A DNA stretch of 63,902 bases, filler included, from Craspedostauros australis (Eukaryota): the NCBI GenBank assembly GCA_030167865.1. It is 14 parts of 14 records of this genome, joined end to end, with 100 filler letters (N's around TTAATTAATTAA, not from the genome) between each part and the next. Parts side by side here need not be neighbours in the genome. Positions count along the whole stretch, not along the records: positions 24,173 to 26,463 come from JALAGF010004451.1; positions 26,564 to 40,417 come from JALAGF010004452.1; 12 more parts are not named here. One strand, written 5' to 3'. Within the stretch, counting starts at the first letter, position 1, and the number at the start of each line of letters is the position of its first letter. The notes under the pieces are model-generated. The model did no database searches. It saw nothing but the letters and a program-made list of their open reading frames with translations, and was not told where the DNA came from. Below are positions 26,111 to 39,486 of this stretch, piece after piece. The position numbers were made by a program, and so were the translations under genes.

Positions 26111-29100
26111 NNNNNNNNNNNNNNNNNNNNNNNNNNNNNNNNNNNNNNNNNNNNNNNNNNNNNNNNNNNNNNNNNNNNNNNNNNNNNNNNNNNNNNNNNN
26201 NNNNNNNNNNNNNNNNNNNNNNNNNNNNNNNNNNNNNNNNNNNNNNNNNNNNNNNNNNNNNNNNNNNNNNNNNNNNNNNNNNNNNNACCAAAGGGCCTTT
26301 GTTCTCGTGGTGTGTTGACTGCCCGTTCTGCCCATTCTTGATCCTCATCCCAGGAGGACCAAAGGGAGACGTGCCCGTAACACCAGCCGAGAAGCTCCAA
26401 CGCCGCCAAATCCTTGGAAGCGACAGCCCTCCCTATGCGGTGAGATGCTCGCTGTCCAACGTGNNNNNNNNNNNNNNNNNNNNNNNNNNNNNNNNNNNNN
26501 NNNNNNNTTAATTAATTAANNNNNNNNNNNNNNNNNNNNNNNNNNNNNNNNNNNNNNNNNNNNCGGAACGGAAAAGGTAAGAAATGTGAAGATTTCTGAT
26601 TGGTCGACAGGTGTCGCTATTGTTAGGAATATAGCGTTGCGCTAATAGGATTTGACGTTGCCAGCCTCACAGTTTGAGCCTTGCCGAACAGTTCGCTTCA
26701 GTCCCATGGTGCAGAATTAAGTCACAAGTACTTCAGGCTTGAATAGCAATAAGATGGCAGTAAGAAACATAAAACTTAAACATATTCATTGGAAAGCTGT
26801 GCTCAACAGCTTTCTAAAGATGTAAAGAAAGTGGTATTGTTCACAGATGTTGTTGTCAAAAATGAAAAGAACTGAAACTGAAAACAAGAAATGATGTATT
26901 ATATTGTCTAGGTCATGAACGGATAGTACAGCCTTGTCCTCACTTCAGGTCTATTCCCTGCCCACATGTTTGGACCTCCTCTCTGCTAGTCGTTGCCAAC
27001 AGCCAGCATTGGCTTCTGTCTGTTGTTCATCTGTTCTCCTCTTGGCTTGTTGTTTCGGTGTCAATGAACCTGCACGCACTCGAATCACAACACAAGAAGC
27101 AACATGGAAAACAACACTGCCGCCACCAGTCTCTTTCTGCGCCATGCCAACAGCTCAGTAGATGACCATGTTGTCTCATGTCCATGGGAAGCAAAGCAGG
27201 TTTCGCAGGACTTTGTTTTTACAAACAATGCTATAACAAGTGTTAAATCAAATTCTATTTTGCAGACCAAAGGACAAGTCACTGTGCTCCATTACACCAT
27301 ATTGTATTTTAATATATAATATCATGTTGTGTAGTATTCGCAAGTGTTGCTATTGTCGTGGACGTGGAAGTGGACATGTAGGGACGCCACCACCATTGCC
27401 GTGCTCCATGACACAACACGAACAAAGGAGGCAACCCCTCACCAAGCCAAATCCAAAACGACGCGAGGAATCAACGCGGCGCCGAATCTGCNNNNNNNNN
27501 NNNNNNNNNNNNNTTCGATACCATTGCAGTCTGACATCGACCGTCAATGACGTCATCATTTTCGTCCACGACGAGGACAAGTCAGCCAGGTATTTGTGTC
27601 GTAGAAGCTAGCTAAATATATCTAAGCCTATTCGACAACACGCTACACCGTTTGCTAATAAAGTAATGTTATCCGATAAAAAATCGGCAGGAATGTACGA
27701 TCGTACCCTGAATGGGGTCGTACACAAACGTCACCGAACAGCAACTACATTTTGGCAAAGATGTGTTCTGGGTTCTGGGGGCAGTCGTGCTTGTCCTCTC
27801 ACTTTTTTCCGGCTTTAGCCAGTTTCGGGCATAGGTACGATGTATCTTTGGTCGTGCAATGTTGGTTGCTTTGGCGCGCCGTTCCACCAAGCTCATTTTC
27901 TCTTTGGCTCCACACAACGACGGCGGCATCATGGATGCATACATCCCATGATCGCAAAGACCGCCGAAACGAAACACGCAACGGTGGCGGCGTTGACGAG
28001 AAGCCAGGAGTTTTGGTCTCGTGTTGCTGTTGCTTCTGCATCATTCGTCATTCTTGCTGTTTCGTCCTGTCTGCGGAATCTCAATCAACGTCTGGATGTG
28101 TCGTACCCGACGAGTCATGTACCATCCTCGTAGCTCGTACGAGTACCAACTCCTCGTACTGGTACGACTATTGTGGCGCCTCGTTCTGAGCGCAAGGTGC
28201 TGTATCCGCCGTGGTACTCGGACGAGCCACATGCCTCTCATCTCCCACGACTGGCGAGGTCGTGGAGTATTCGACGGATTATCAATGGCCCGTACTCTGG
28301 AGAGGGATGGTTGAAGCAGAGTCAGTTTGGCGTCTCGTTTTCACGAGTAGAGTAGCCAGCCACAAGGGAGAAGGTTTCGTTGAAGTGGAACAACACAGTC
28401 ATTGCAGACTCTCTTGGAGGATCTTGAATGGCGTCCTCTCAACGAAACCAATGTTCGCCTCTTCCGTTGCGTTGCGCGTCAACTCCATGCAAGCCCCAAC
28501 CAAGATAGCCGAGGGAAAAGAGACTAACTCTTGGGACCCAGGTCAGCGCCGTTTGGATTCCTGGATTTCCAGCAGTCGTAGTTTGTTTGGGTACTCTTAT
28601 TGTGCCACGAGCTACAAGTTGAGTGTGTCATGGGGTACGTACGACTATGGTACATGGAATCGCACGAACACGGAGAGGATCATTCCGCGAGATCACATCT
28701 TCGCCTCTCGTGAGCGGGTCTTCAGGCTACCTTCGATGCATCCATTCACTTGTTTCACCCTTCCACCATCATCATTCTCGTTGCCATGGAGGACGAGGTT
28801 CAATAGAATGAGTATTAGTACACGTATGCATGCCAACACACAATCACGGTTTTGCAGGCCATCCAACGATCACGGTGCTGGGTGCACGCTCGCTGTGCCA
28901 AAGTCGGAAGCAGCGTGCGCAACATGCAACATGTAACGCACACAACCCGAGTTTGGGCAGCCCCGAATCCATGCACAAGACAATACGACGGCATGTTCGA
29001 GTACGATAACAGCCAACCCTTTCTTCCACCGATGCTGAGCCTACTCTACTTCATCAGCGGTGCCTGGTGAGCATCCAGATGAGATCGGCGCAGTCACATC

Positions 29101-29299
29101 GGTTAGAACGAACGCTGGAGAAGATGAGAGAGCGAGAGAGCGAACGAGGGAATCCGGGGACAGGATGCCAACGTGCAAGATCCAACGTGCAAGATCCAAC
29201 GTGCAGGAGGGCAGAAGCGCAGAACGGCAGCAAACTACCCTGCTCCGTCTGGAGCGTCAACATGAACGCGGCTTGGTCTCAATGCAGCGTGGGAGACCT

Positions 29300-30947
29300 G
29301 CAAACAGATCTCGTCGATGAGACTATCCGCCCACGTACACACGCACACGTGCATCCCTGCATGGATTGACCCAACTTCAACTGCTGTGGCTGGAGGCACG
29401 CATTGGGGTAAATGGCACCGTCCACTTTGATGAGAGTCGGGGTGAACGCCCCAGTTCCGGATTCCAACGTCAGCATCACTGCCGTCAGTCCAACCAACAG
29501 AGCATAGTATCGGATTGGACGGCACAGTAGGCGATACGCACAGTCACATCATGCACTCGCGCATTTCTGCTGCGGCTGCAGAAGGTATGCCACGAGCGCG
29601 TCAGAAGAGCAGCCCACGCCGAACCAGATAATTATGCGATAAGATGCGCAATCCCCATCGTGTCCTGCATACCAATACGATCTGCCAGTGGGTCCAGGCT
29701 ACTCGCACGCGCTCTCCAGCAGATTGCTCTCCACGAAGATGGAGTACAGTCGCTGAAAGATAGCATTTGTTTGAACGTTATCCTCATTGAATGGATATAT
29801 TCGAGGCAGATGAGCCACCGGCCTCGCTGTTTCAACGTCAAAGCGGCATCCAACACACATCCGCATGCCACTGAGTGAGTCACATGATATGATGCACACG
29901 CCCAACAGAAAGCACTCAAGGAAGGAAGTAGCCATCCCTCCATCTCTTTCCGATGGATATTCAGCCAACCACATCTTCATCTCTTGAAATGAGTGCCGCT
30001 ATAGTCTACATTCACGTGATGCATCACGAGAACGAATGAGCGTGCCAGTGTTCTTGGCTACTTATTTCCTCTGGACCATGGGGCCTATCTTACTCGTAAT
30101 CGTAGACTCCCTCAACGCCCTATCCGCCATCAGCTTGCTATCCCAGCCTATCGTCGGTGGATTCGGATTCTTCATTCGTCTCCGTTCCACTATCATCTTC
30201 GTTGGCGCTGCTGCCTTGGGCGGTACGATCGTTCGAATCAGAATTCGTCGAAATGCTCAATTCATGCTGCCGGGCCATTCGTAGAGCTTCGTTGATCGCA
30301 GTCAACATGTTCAACACAGCGCGTCGAGACGCCAGAGACCTTGACTGCTCCGTCGAAGACCGCCCGTAGTTGCGATACCTCCTCCGGTGGCTGCGACTGC
30401 GATGAATGCCACTACTGCAGTTTCCAAATTGATTTCCACCATCAGGCCGACAAGTTCTGTTGCGATGCCGTTGGACTGCTTGGGACCTGTCCAGCAAGAG
30501 TCCGAAAAACACGGAGCTCACAGGCAACTGCCCAAAGGTCGTTGGTCTGCGCGAGCTGGAGCAACTCTGCGACATGGACGACGTTGGGTCGCCAGTGAGA
30601 GACCGGGTATGATCGCAACCAGCCATTCCTTCATGTTGCGGCGGTAGGGGCAACGCCAATAGGAACGAGGATGGTGGCAAGGGCGACGATGAAGACTGTT
30701 GGTCTGAGGCATCTCCCGATTGGCGTCGCTGGTCTTGCCGTTGTCCATTCCGTTGATCTGCTGCCAGCATACCATCATCGCTGCCATCACCGCTGCCATC
30801 ACCGCTGCCATCACCGTCGTCAGCATCACCATCTTCGGTGTTGCGGTTGATGCGATTGTTGCGTTCCTGATCATTGTCCCGATCTGTTTCATCGTCTTGC
30901 GTTGGTCTGGACAGTTCCCTTGCGCGGTCGGAGCGATTTCGTTTCAT
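29300..30947 (-). other. Possible multi-exon gene of unknown function
   Basis: 269-aa low-complexity ORF 30138-30947 followed by short protein-like frames at 29699-29980 and 29279-29497. No recognisable domain, and exon boundaries are not resolved. Confidence 0.25.
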
Positions 30948-31412
30948 CTAGAGAGTTGTGAAGGTGGAATCCGATCTGTTGCTCCACGACGACGGCACAA
31001 TGGAGGTCAAAGAAGCGTGATCCCGCTGCGTGCTCAGTTGCTTTCCTTGTCCTCCTCTTTGCGTTGACACGTGCATCGAAGGAGTGCTGATAGTTGGGTG
31101 AGGTTGATCGAGATGTTGAAAACAAACGAGCGCTGAACTCGACGCTCGTACTTCCAGATGGTTGTGTCGATGACGGCTCCGCAGCGATGGCCAAGAGACT
31201 CAATTGACGCTGTTGTGAAATGTGAGAGGAGAATGACTGCGATACTGTTGTGTCTCGACAACCATGGCACGTGCGGATGGTCCTGTCGCGTCTGGCTTGG
31301 AGGCTACGACTTTCCGTACCATCCAAGATCCAGCGGCAGGCCAACGAGAATGTTGCGATCACCTCCGACATCGGCCTGGTGGCAGATACCTGCTAGTACG
31401 CGTATAGTACGA

Positions 31413-31461
31413 GTACGGTACGGTACGGTATGGTACGGTATGGTACGGTATGGTACGGTAC
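31413..31461. repeat. (GGTAC/GGTAT)n pentanucleotide microsatellite
   Basis: About 9 tandem units visible directly. Confidence 0.9.
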
Positions 31462-34400
31462 AATTGATGGAAGCGCCGATGCCTGCGCATCCTCAGAAAC
31501 ATAAAAGGTGGAATCGACGGAAGGCCATGCCAAAATGACGCAAGACAGCCAAGAACATCAGTGAACTCTGCTCCAAGAGGAAAGGCGAGGTGAAATCTGA
31601 TAAGAAAGACGGTGGACGTACGTAAGCGCTCTCGGAGGGTAATTGTGTGTCGCTCCAACCGTCTTAATGATTGTCACGGAGTATGTAATAGTCATCCCAT
31701 TACCATAACCTCGGTCGGATGGGGAAGAAGACGGTTGGCAATGATGCGAAATTGCCAGTGGGCAACGCCGTTCCTGTACGAGCACGGAGTACAATGATAC
31801 AGTGCACAGCGCACAGCGCACAGCGCGCAGTGTACAGTGTACAATGTACAGTGCACAGTACGAGTATGGTACTACGCGGATGCACCTCTGCTTCCGTTTG
31901 TGCACACTTGCACACGAGCATTGATGAGCTAGACTGGAATGCAACTCCTGGTGCCGATCGGCTGGCTTACCTCGACTTTCCTTCCAGCATGCAGCGTTCC
32001 AATTCTTGGTACTCGACGCAGAGAGAGAGAGAGAGAAGTCAGAGCGTTGGGCACGAGAACGAATAGGCCAGAGTGGAGTATTCTACTCTACTCTGTGCTA
32101 CTCCACCACCATACACTCGTGTATACTCCACAAGTAGTTCCTTGCTTGTCGGAGTTCTATCACTCTGCCAGTGCTTGGTGCCGTTTCGAGATCCGTGACA
32201 AGATCCTTACTCGTAGGGTACTCGGTTTCTTTCCACCCCACGATTTGTATTAGTACCTTTGTCCACAATCACCAACGTCGAAGTGATGCATCGACAAACC
32301 TGTCCCCTCCATGTCCATGGATTTCAACGTGCGTGTGACTCATGCTCCACTTCCACCAGCACAGAGCAGTGTTCCGCATCGGTGTCTCTCTCTTTGTAGT
32401 ATTGATCGCCTCCTTCGCCAAGTGCAAAGCCACCTCCCCAGCCTCCCCACCTACGAGGACGCGTATTCCAAGAGTCTGGCTATGGGTACGACGGAAACAG
32501 ACAAGCAGCCGCTTGTTGCGCTACAACCCGAAGCAAAATATTATACTATGCTCTAGTTCAGCCGCAAATGGCTCGTAGGCTGGACAACATGAAGGGTGCC
32601 GTAATCGCAATCGTATTGGCAGGAAGAAAAGTGATGGAGAGCACCCACGCCAGTTGGTGTCATCCTTCCATCTTGCGTGTACCTGAAGGAAGAGTTGAGC
32701 ATCGTTCCGTGTGTTCGCAAGAGAGAGGTGCACTCGCGGCTCACAGAAGTGCGCATCTTCTGGATCTGGAACGGTAGAAGTCGATGCCAACTTCGCGTTG
32801 TCTTTGTGAAGTCAAAGCGAGATTCCCTCCAGGAGCACATTCCCTCCAGGAGCACATTCCCTCCTCGGGGAGCCTTGCATCCACAACCAGTAGAGTAGGT
32901 CGTATGGACATCTGTTGCTCGCAGCATCCTCACACATTCGCGCCGCCTATGGCTGAAACCGCTCCGTGCCGTATTCGTGTGCCAACTGCATCGCCAAAAG
33001 CATCAGTATCAGCCAAGAGAGGTGGCGATGTCTACGGAATTCGCCTCTCTTGATGGTGAAGGAGAGAAATGTGTTCGGCGTTTGGATCCGCCGCGATTGT
33101 GTATCTCTGGGCGGAGTACGCCGAACGCGCGGACTTGACCGGCGCAAAGCAACAGCAGCGGCGAAACACAGACATCCACTCGTGTTGGTACTCGTGCCCC
33201 ATCCTCATACGCTGTTGCCGCGAGGACACAATTAGGCCGAACCCATGTTTGGTTGGGGGCAGGTTCTTTGGATGTGTGAGGTGCGTCTACGAAGTGGCGA
33301 TGGACACATGTTTCTGCGGAGCAAAACATGCGTTTCTCGTTGCCGTGAGACGCCTAACTTGGAGCCTGCATTTGTTCGCAAATGTATGTGAAGGAGAGTT
33401 GCAGCAGCTCTTGGAAGTATCTCAATTGAGGTACTTCAGTTGCATCAGTCCCATGAAGGGTAGCAGGCTTCACTCATGAGCCATGTATTCGGATGCGTCA
33501 ATCCACGATTACTTTTCAGTTATCGTCATTAGGTGGATGTACTTCGATTGTTGTCAAACGACCGACGAAAAATCTGTCTGATTTGCGTTCTGGCGAAGCG
33601 TCATTACTTAATGGATGGATAGAACTTGGAGACGCGCGGCGGTATTGTGCACTGGGTTGGACGTGACATTGATGCCCGGCATGTGAAACAAACGAGATTC
33701 AAAAGGCGTAAATCTTGATTAAGGAGGAACGCAAGAAGGTGACGGCCGCGCCCAAGATGGATGTGAATACGACCAGTCGGAGTTCGTGTCGTGATGGTCT
33801 ATGTGTTGCGTTGTGCGTCGTTGTGTTGACGTTTGTGGACGAGCGAAGGAACAGCGTTTGCGTTGGTGAAGTAAGAAGAGAAGGCTTTTGTTGTTCTTGG
33901 CCACGAGTAGAGTGCGCGATTTGTGCTCATGTTCGTTGAGCGAAAGCGTGGAAGTTTCCACGGTTGTTGTGTGCGTGGCCGAGCGGGCGCCGGCTAATCG
34001 GCTTCACTCTCACAGCGGCAAATACTCAGTTGCGCTTCCTTCCCGGATTGCCCTTGCCCTTGATCATCCTCGTACTCGCACGCGCACACGCATCCTGCTT
34101 TGCTGCAACTGCACTCGAGGCGGCCTGCTACCCAGAGAAGAAATCATCACACACGTACCAACAGGCAGGTGGGGGTGAGGCATCAACGAAGGCAACAGAG
34201 CCACCGGAACTGAACGTCAAAGACACAGGCAACGAACCGAACGAAACAAGTACATGGAGTAGAGCAGAGCAGAGTGGCTCGTAGATAGAGGCAGAGAGAC
34301 GGCATTGGATCGATCATCGAGGTGCTCATTGGATTTCCCACGAGCGGGTTCCGGAGAGCCCAAAGTTGCATCCGCTGTTGCGTTGGTGTGATTGTTGGTG

Positions 34401-35173
34401 TTGCAGCTGGCCATCGCGTTTGAATTGGTGGTCGAATTGGCAACCGCATTGCGCCAAGAACACAAAAGGGAACGGCGAAGCAAGAGGACCTGCAAACAAC
34501 CAAGACAAACGGAGGTAGAGAAGTCAGCAAGAGACAACACAGGTTGTTGCCATTTGAGATAATCTCTCTCTCTCTCTTTGGCACTGTTCTTGGATCCGCG
34601 TTCTTCCGGTTGATCCATCCAGATTGTTCCGCCCTGCTGGACGAAGCGGCGATTTCAACAACACAAACCGCGCGCAACTTCCGAAGAAGATCAAGAGCAG
34701 ATACCATCCGTCGCCTATTTTTGCGTCTCTCCTCATTGCACAACGAACGGCAATTAGAGAACAACCGCAATTGCGAGTTTGTCTGGTAGTAGTATTCAGT
34801 GCGCAGCAGAAAAGATCGTATCACACCCTCTGCACTGTGCCAGTACTTGAGGGGAGCATCAGCATTCAAAGCAAAACGCACAAAAGGCACAGACGCGCGT
34901 GGATTGCACATAACGAGGCAGGAAAACGCTCAAGGCACCAACAGACCATTTCCTCCCAAGGTGCACGTCCTCGTCGGTTCCATTGTTTCCACTGTTTCCA
35001 TTGTTTCCATTACTTCCGACCTCACCTCCGCAACAACAAGAGGAAAAAGGAGAAGCATCACCCAACAGCGCAACCACAACGACGCAACGACACTAACGCA
35101 GACTGAACCAGAAGTACAACACATATTCATACAACACATATTCATACAACACATATTCGCACAACATAGCCCA

Positions 35174-38100
35174 ATGACGAGCCTGCTGTCGCGACCGAAG
35201 GTGAAGAGGAGCAAGAGCTCCAGCAGCGCCAGCAGCTTCCAGACGATGAACACCTCGGATAAATCGCAAGGACAGCGACAAGGCTCCTTCCAGGGCAAGC
35301 CATCCTCCGATCGTTCGTTGGCGACCGCAGCCACCGCATCCACATCCTCCCGCAAGGGCTTCTCCTTCGGCTTCGGCGATCTGAGGAAGGGCATCGGCAA
35401 GTCCAAGAGCTTCCGCAGCGTCTCGGACCACGTGCCCAGGATGCTGAAGCGAAGCAACAGCAGCACCACCGCTGGCAAGTCCAAGACCAAGAGCAGGGGC
35501 AAGGACAGAAGAAAAGACGGCCTGTCGCAAAGCCTGCACACGGTGACGGACGCCGGCGACAGCAGCTCCGAAATGATGACGATGATGAAAGCAGCGGAGG
35601 CCGCAGCCCACAGCCTTCAGGGCGGCAACAGCACCGCATCCGCCATCGCTTTCGCCACCACCGACGTCGACGACGACAGGGACGCAGGCAATGGCCACGG
35701 CCATGGAAATAGCAACGCAGCTGACACCGCAAGCGTCAGCGTCAGCAAAAAGAGCCGGAAGTCGAAGAAGAAGCACAAGAAGCGCAAGTCGTCGAAGAAG
35801 AAAAAGAAGGACAAGGACGCTGCCGGCAACGACGACGCCGTCAGCTTCTGCAACTCATCCACGGTGGCCGCCAGCAAGAAGCGACGTTCCAAGAAGAAGA
35901 AAAAGAAGTCGTCGTCCAAAGGCACCAGCAGCAAGGACAAGTACGATGCTCCTCCAGTCACGAGCGTCAAGACGTCCTCCAAGAAGCAAGAGGACATCGG
36001 CGACGATCTCTCCGTGGTCTCCGAGTTTTCATGGATCTCGCGCCAATCCTTCTCGTCGCAGCAGCCCGATCCCGATGGGCTGCACGGCGAGGAAGCTCTG
36101 CAGAATCAGCAGCAGCGCAGGCGCCGTCGTCAGCGCGCCCAGCAGCTGCTGCGTCTGCAACAACAGCAGAAGCAGTCGGGCATGAAGGGCGCGGATTCCA
36201 CCAGCGCCTTCCCCGACCTGCGGCCGAAGGCACTTTCGACCTCGACCGCCGCCACGCATTCTGCCGCCATGTCGCCGGAACCGACCGAATGCAGCACCAG
36301 CACGGAGGACGATATCGCGGATGACCATGCCAGGAGGATCGTGCTCCTCAAGCAGCAGATGGCTCTGCATGCCGTGGACGAGGCCAGCGATCAGGACCTC
36401 ATCACGGACGACGACATGGAGTACACGGACTCCAGCGATTCAGACTACGAATACGAAAGCGACAGCGAAGAGCACGACGACATCCTCGATGGCAGCAGCT
36501 CCAGCAGCGACAACGACGACGATGAAGAAGAGAACAACAGCCACGCAGCAGCACCGAAGCCAAAGGCCACCATCCTCAATCATCCCATGATCAACATGAA
36601 CGATTTGGAGGATGACATTCAGGAATCGGAGCGCGCGACCCGCGTCGTCTTGGCCGCCCAACGCCTTCCGAAAAAGCCGGTGTGCAGCACCATTGCTACC
36701 ATCAAGGAGGAGGCCAACAAAAAGGCGGACGAGGACGAGGAGATGCACGATTTCATTCATCAGTCGGAACGCTTCATGGAGGATTTCCTACCGCTCTCGC
36801 GCAGACGACGGGCCGGTGCGGCCGTGGATTCGGATGACGAGGAATGGGATGAGGATTACAACTCCTCCGAGCACGCAGTCCGCTTCGTGCCAGGATTCAG
36901 CCAGCCCCAGACCTCGGCCGCGCGCCGACGCAGACCGCCGGCTACTGCGGCTGGTTCCACGCACAGCGCGTCACACCATGTTCAGGACAGCCCGCAGGAC
37001 CCCAGTGGCCACAGTACTGTGCCAGCAGGTGCCGATGCGTCATCCGAGCACGCAGTGCGCTTCGTCCCAGGCTTCCGCCAGCACGGCGGCACGCGACTGG
37101 GATACATTCCCGAAGATGCCCTCGGCGATGCCAGCGACGAAGGTGACGACAAAAATGACAGCCGTGCTTCGTCACAGTACGAGGTGGACACAGACGAAGA
37201 TGAGCTCTTCATGGGCGACCAGAAGGTCAACACCAGCGAGCACACCACGTCGAAGCGACAGCAGGAGGAGCAGCCCAAGGATCCATCCTCGCGCCCGCTC
37301 TACCTCAATCGTCCTTCGCGCATCACCAAGCAGGAGAACCGACGAGGTTCGGATAAGGCGGCGTTCATCATGCAGCAGTTCCTTTCCGCCGCCGATGAAG
37401 AACAGGACCAGCAGCGCGAAGCCGCGAAGGCAGAATTCGAACGCCAGCAGCAGGATCAGCAGCAGCAGTCCATCGGCACGAGGTCGCCAACGCGGTCCGT
37501 CGCCAAGAACACGGGGCTTGGCCTCTTGCAATTGCAGATGCAGGTGCCCCCAGTGTCCCCCTCTGCCGCATCTGCCGTCACGGCACCCAATCCGCACATC
37601 CCCATGATGCTTGATCCCAACGGCGACAAGTCCAAATCCATGCACCTCATGTCCGTTTCGGAACGCCAGGCCTTCGAGCACGACATTCGCTTCACGAAGG
37701 AGATGGACTCCTACTTGGAGAAGATCAGCGAGACGCCAGTCGGCAAGATCGAGAAGTCGCCACGGAACCTCAACGCCAACAAGAAAAAGCAGCCACAGAG
37801 GTCCTCCAATTTTGGTCCCAAGGCAAGACAGCGAGAGGACTGGGAATCAGACGACGATGACATGTACGTCAACGAATTTTCGCACTTCGTCCACTCCTAC
37901 CTGGGCTTGAAGTATCACCAGGAGGAAATTGTGGACATCCACTTCGGGCGACAGCGATCGCCTTCCATCTCATCGTCGGCGTCGGACAAGCGCAGGAGGC
38001 GGCGCAAGTCCGGCAAGAAGAAGCGGTCGTCCAAAAAGTCGAAGAAGGACCGCCTGGATCAAGGTGACGATGACATCATTGACAGCGACGACACCGCCAC

Positions 38101-38599
38101 GGCCCAAACGCCGCGGGGACGCCTCCGCTCCAGCAGCAAGACGAAGATACGTTCAAGCAGCGTCACGTCGATACGTCGCAAGAAGGATGCCGGCGAACCG
38201 ATGGCCTCAGTCGAAACGGAAGAACGCGAAGATGTCATCAAACGACCACCGGAGCGTCGCCACTCCTTCTCTGGACATCCCAGCCGCATGATGGCCATCT
38301 CGTCGTCATCCTCAGATTCGGATGACTCGGATGACTCGGATATCAGCACTGGCGAGGACGAAGAACCCCAGCAACGCAGTCGGCCTCGGCCATCGTCCCC
38401 TCGCAAGTCGTCGACGCGCAAGGCGAGGAGCAGCAAGAAGAAGTCTTCCTCCAAAAAGAAATCCAAGAGCGCGAAGCAACCGCCTCGTGAAACCAGCGGG
38501 GGCGACGAGGAGGAACCAAGACGACGACGCCGCAATTCCTTTTCGGGGCATCCTTGCCGCATGATTCCGGACGATGATGACGACAATGTGTCCGTCTGA
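35174..38599 (+). CDS. 1141-aa Ser/Lys/Asp-rich, probably disordered protein
   Basis: 3.4-kb uninterrupted frame with strong GC3 bias. First ATG at 35174 (MTSLLSRP); no signal peptide or globular domain recognised. Confidence 0.85.
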   Translation: MTSLLSRPKVKRSKSSSSASSFQTMNTSDKSQGQRQGSFQGKPSSDRSLATAATASTSSRKGFSFGFGDLRKGIGKSKSFRSVSDHVPRMLKRSNSSTTAGKSKTKSRGKDRRKDGLSQSLHTVTDAGDSSSEMMTMMKAAEAAAHSLQGGNSTASAIAFATTDVDDDRDAGNGHGHGNSNAADTASVSVSKKSRKSKKKHKKRKSSKKKKKDKDAAGNDDAVSFCNSSTVAASKKRRSKKKKKKSSSKGTSSKDKYDAPPVTSVKTSSKKQEDIGDDLSVVSEFSWISRQSFSSQQPDPDGLHGEEALQNQQQRRRRRQRAQQLLRLQQQQKQSGMKGADSTSAFPDLRPKALSTSTAATHSAAMSPEPTECSTSTEDDIADDHARRIVLLKQQMALHAVDEASDQDLITDDDMEYTDSSDSDYEYESDSEEHDDILDGSSSSSDNDDDEEENNSHAAAPKPKATILNHPMINMNDLEDDIQESERATRVVLAAQRLPKKPVCSTIATIKEEANKKADEDEEMHDFIHQSERFMEDFLPLSRRRRAGAAVDSDDEEWDEDYNSSEHAVRFVPGFSQPQTSAARRRRPPATAAGSTHSASHHVQDSPQDPSGHSTVPAGADASSEHAVRFVPGFRQHGGTRLGYIPEDALGDASDEGDDKNDSRASSQYEVDTDEDELFMGDQKVNTSEHTTSKRQQEEQPKDPSSRPLYLNRPSRITKQENRRGSDKAAFIMQQFLSAADEEQDQQREAAKAEFERQQQDQQQQSIGTRSPTRSVAKNTGLGLLQLQMQVPPVSPSAASAVTAPNPHIPMMLDPNGDKSKSMHLMSVSERQAFEHDIRFTKEMDSYLEKISETPVGKIEKSPRNLNANKKKQPQRSSNFGPKARQREDWESDDDDMYVNEFSHFVHSYLGLKYHQEEIVDIHFGRQRSPSISSSASDKRRRRRKSGKKKRSSKKSKKDRLDQGDDDIIDSDDTATAQTPRGRLRSSSKTKIRSSSVTSIRRKKDAGEPMASVETEEREDVIKRPPERRHSFSGHPSRMMAISSSSSDSDDSDDSDISTGEDEEPQQRSRPRPSSPRKSSTRKARSSKKKSSSKKKSKSAKQPPRETSGGDEEEPRRRRRNSFSGHPCRMIPDDDDDNVSV

Positions 38600-39019
38600 G
38601 GCACATCGCAATTTTACGCACAGCGCCCTTGCCATTTACCACATCGCTTGACTCTATTTGCAGGTAGTTGTTGTAGCCGCACTCCCAAACTTTCTAGAAA
38701 TGCTAGACTATCAATACAACTGCATATTCGGGCGTTTCAGTATTGTTTTCCGACGGGCGAAGAGGAGGTCGTATTGTGTTGCAGGCTCGTGGTGGTGCCT
38801 ATCGCTCTCGTGCTATCGAACTCTTGGAGGAGGGCACTGTTGTGGAATCAAAAACACCGGAGGGCGGAGAGCGGACAACAAATTGCCGTAATCATACGCT
38901 CGGCAAGTTCTTCAGAAGACGCTTGCTTTTGGTTGTTACTGTCGTTGTTAGTAGTGTGTTGCTTAGTTGCTTGGTAAGTTAGTTGTTTGTGTTGTGGTCT
39001 GTTCACCGCGTTGGAGGCG

Positions 39020-39455
39020 TTTGGATGCAACCACAAGCACCGGCCGTTCAGAGGTGGTCGACTCATTTGTTGGCTCATCGTGTTGATGGTGGAAGTGATG
39101 CGATTGACGTTTAATCAGAATGCTGCAGACATTCCAACGCAATCGCAAGCACCGGCCATTCAGAGGCGGTTAGCTCATTTGTTGGCTCATTGGGCTGATG
39201 GTGGAAGTGATGTGATTGATGTTTTGCCATTCATGTTGAAGGCACTGGAAGGCAATCACAAGCACCGGTAGAATAGAGTCGAGAGATGCATGTGTTGTCT
39301 CATCGTAAGAGTACTGATGGTGGAAGTGATGCGATTGACGCATGCCCGTCATGTCGAGGGCATTCGAAAGCAATCGCAAGCACCAGTCGTCCACAGGCGC
39401 TCGGCGCATTCGATGTCTCATCATGCCGATGGTGGAAGTGTTGTGGTTGATGTTT
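39020..39455. repeat. Degenerate tandem repeat, about 4 units of ~112-118 bp
   Basis: GCAA(C/T)C(A/G)CAAGCACC(G/A)G...GATGGTGGAAGTG recurs near 39027, 39139, 39252 and 39370. Confidence 0.8.
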
Positions 39456-39486
39456 GCCCGTCATGGGTGAGGCGGGTAGACATGTT

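Noticed and set aside
26564..34700. Many 60-240-aa ORFs
   Set aside because: No recognisable domains or codon bias, and interspersed with microsatellites. Treated as intergenic apart from a weak candidate near 29300-30947.
35174..38599. Silaffin-like biosilica protein
   Set aside because: Lys/Ser-rich, but no N-terminal signal peptide; the basic runs look more like nuclear localisation signals.
39020..39455. CRISPR-like repeat-spacer array
   Set aside because: Units are degenerate along their whole length, the context is eukaryotic and no cas genes are visible.
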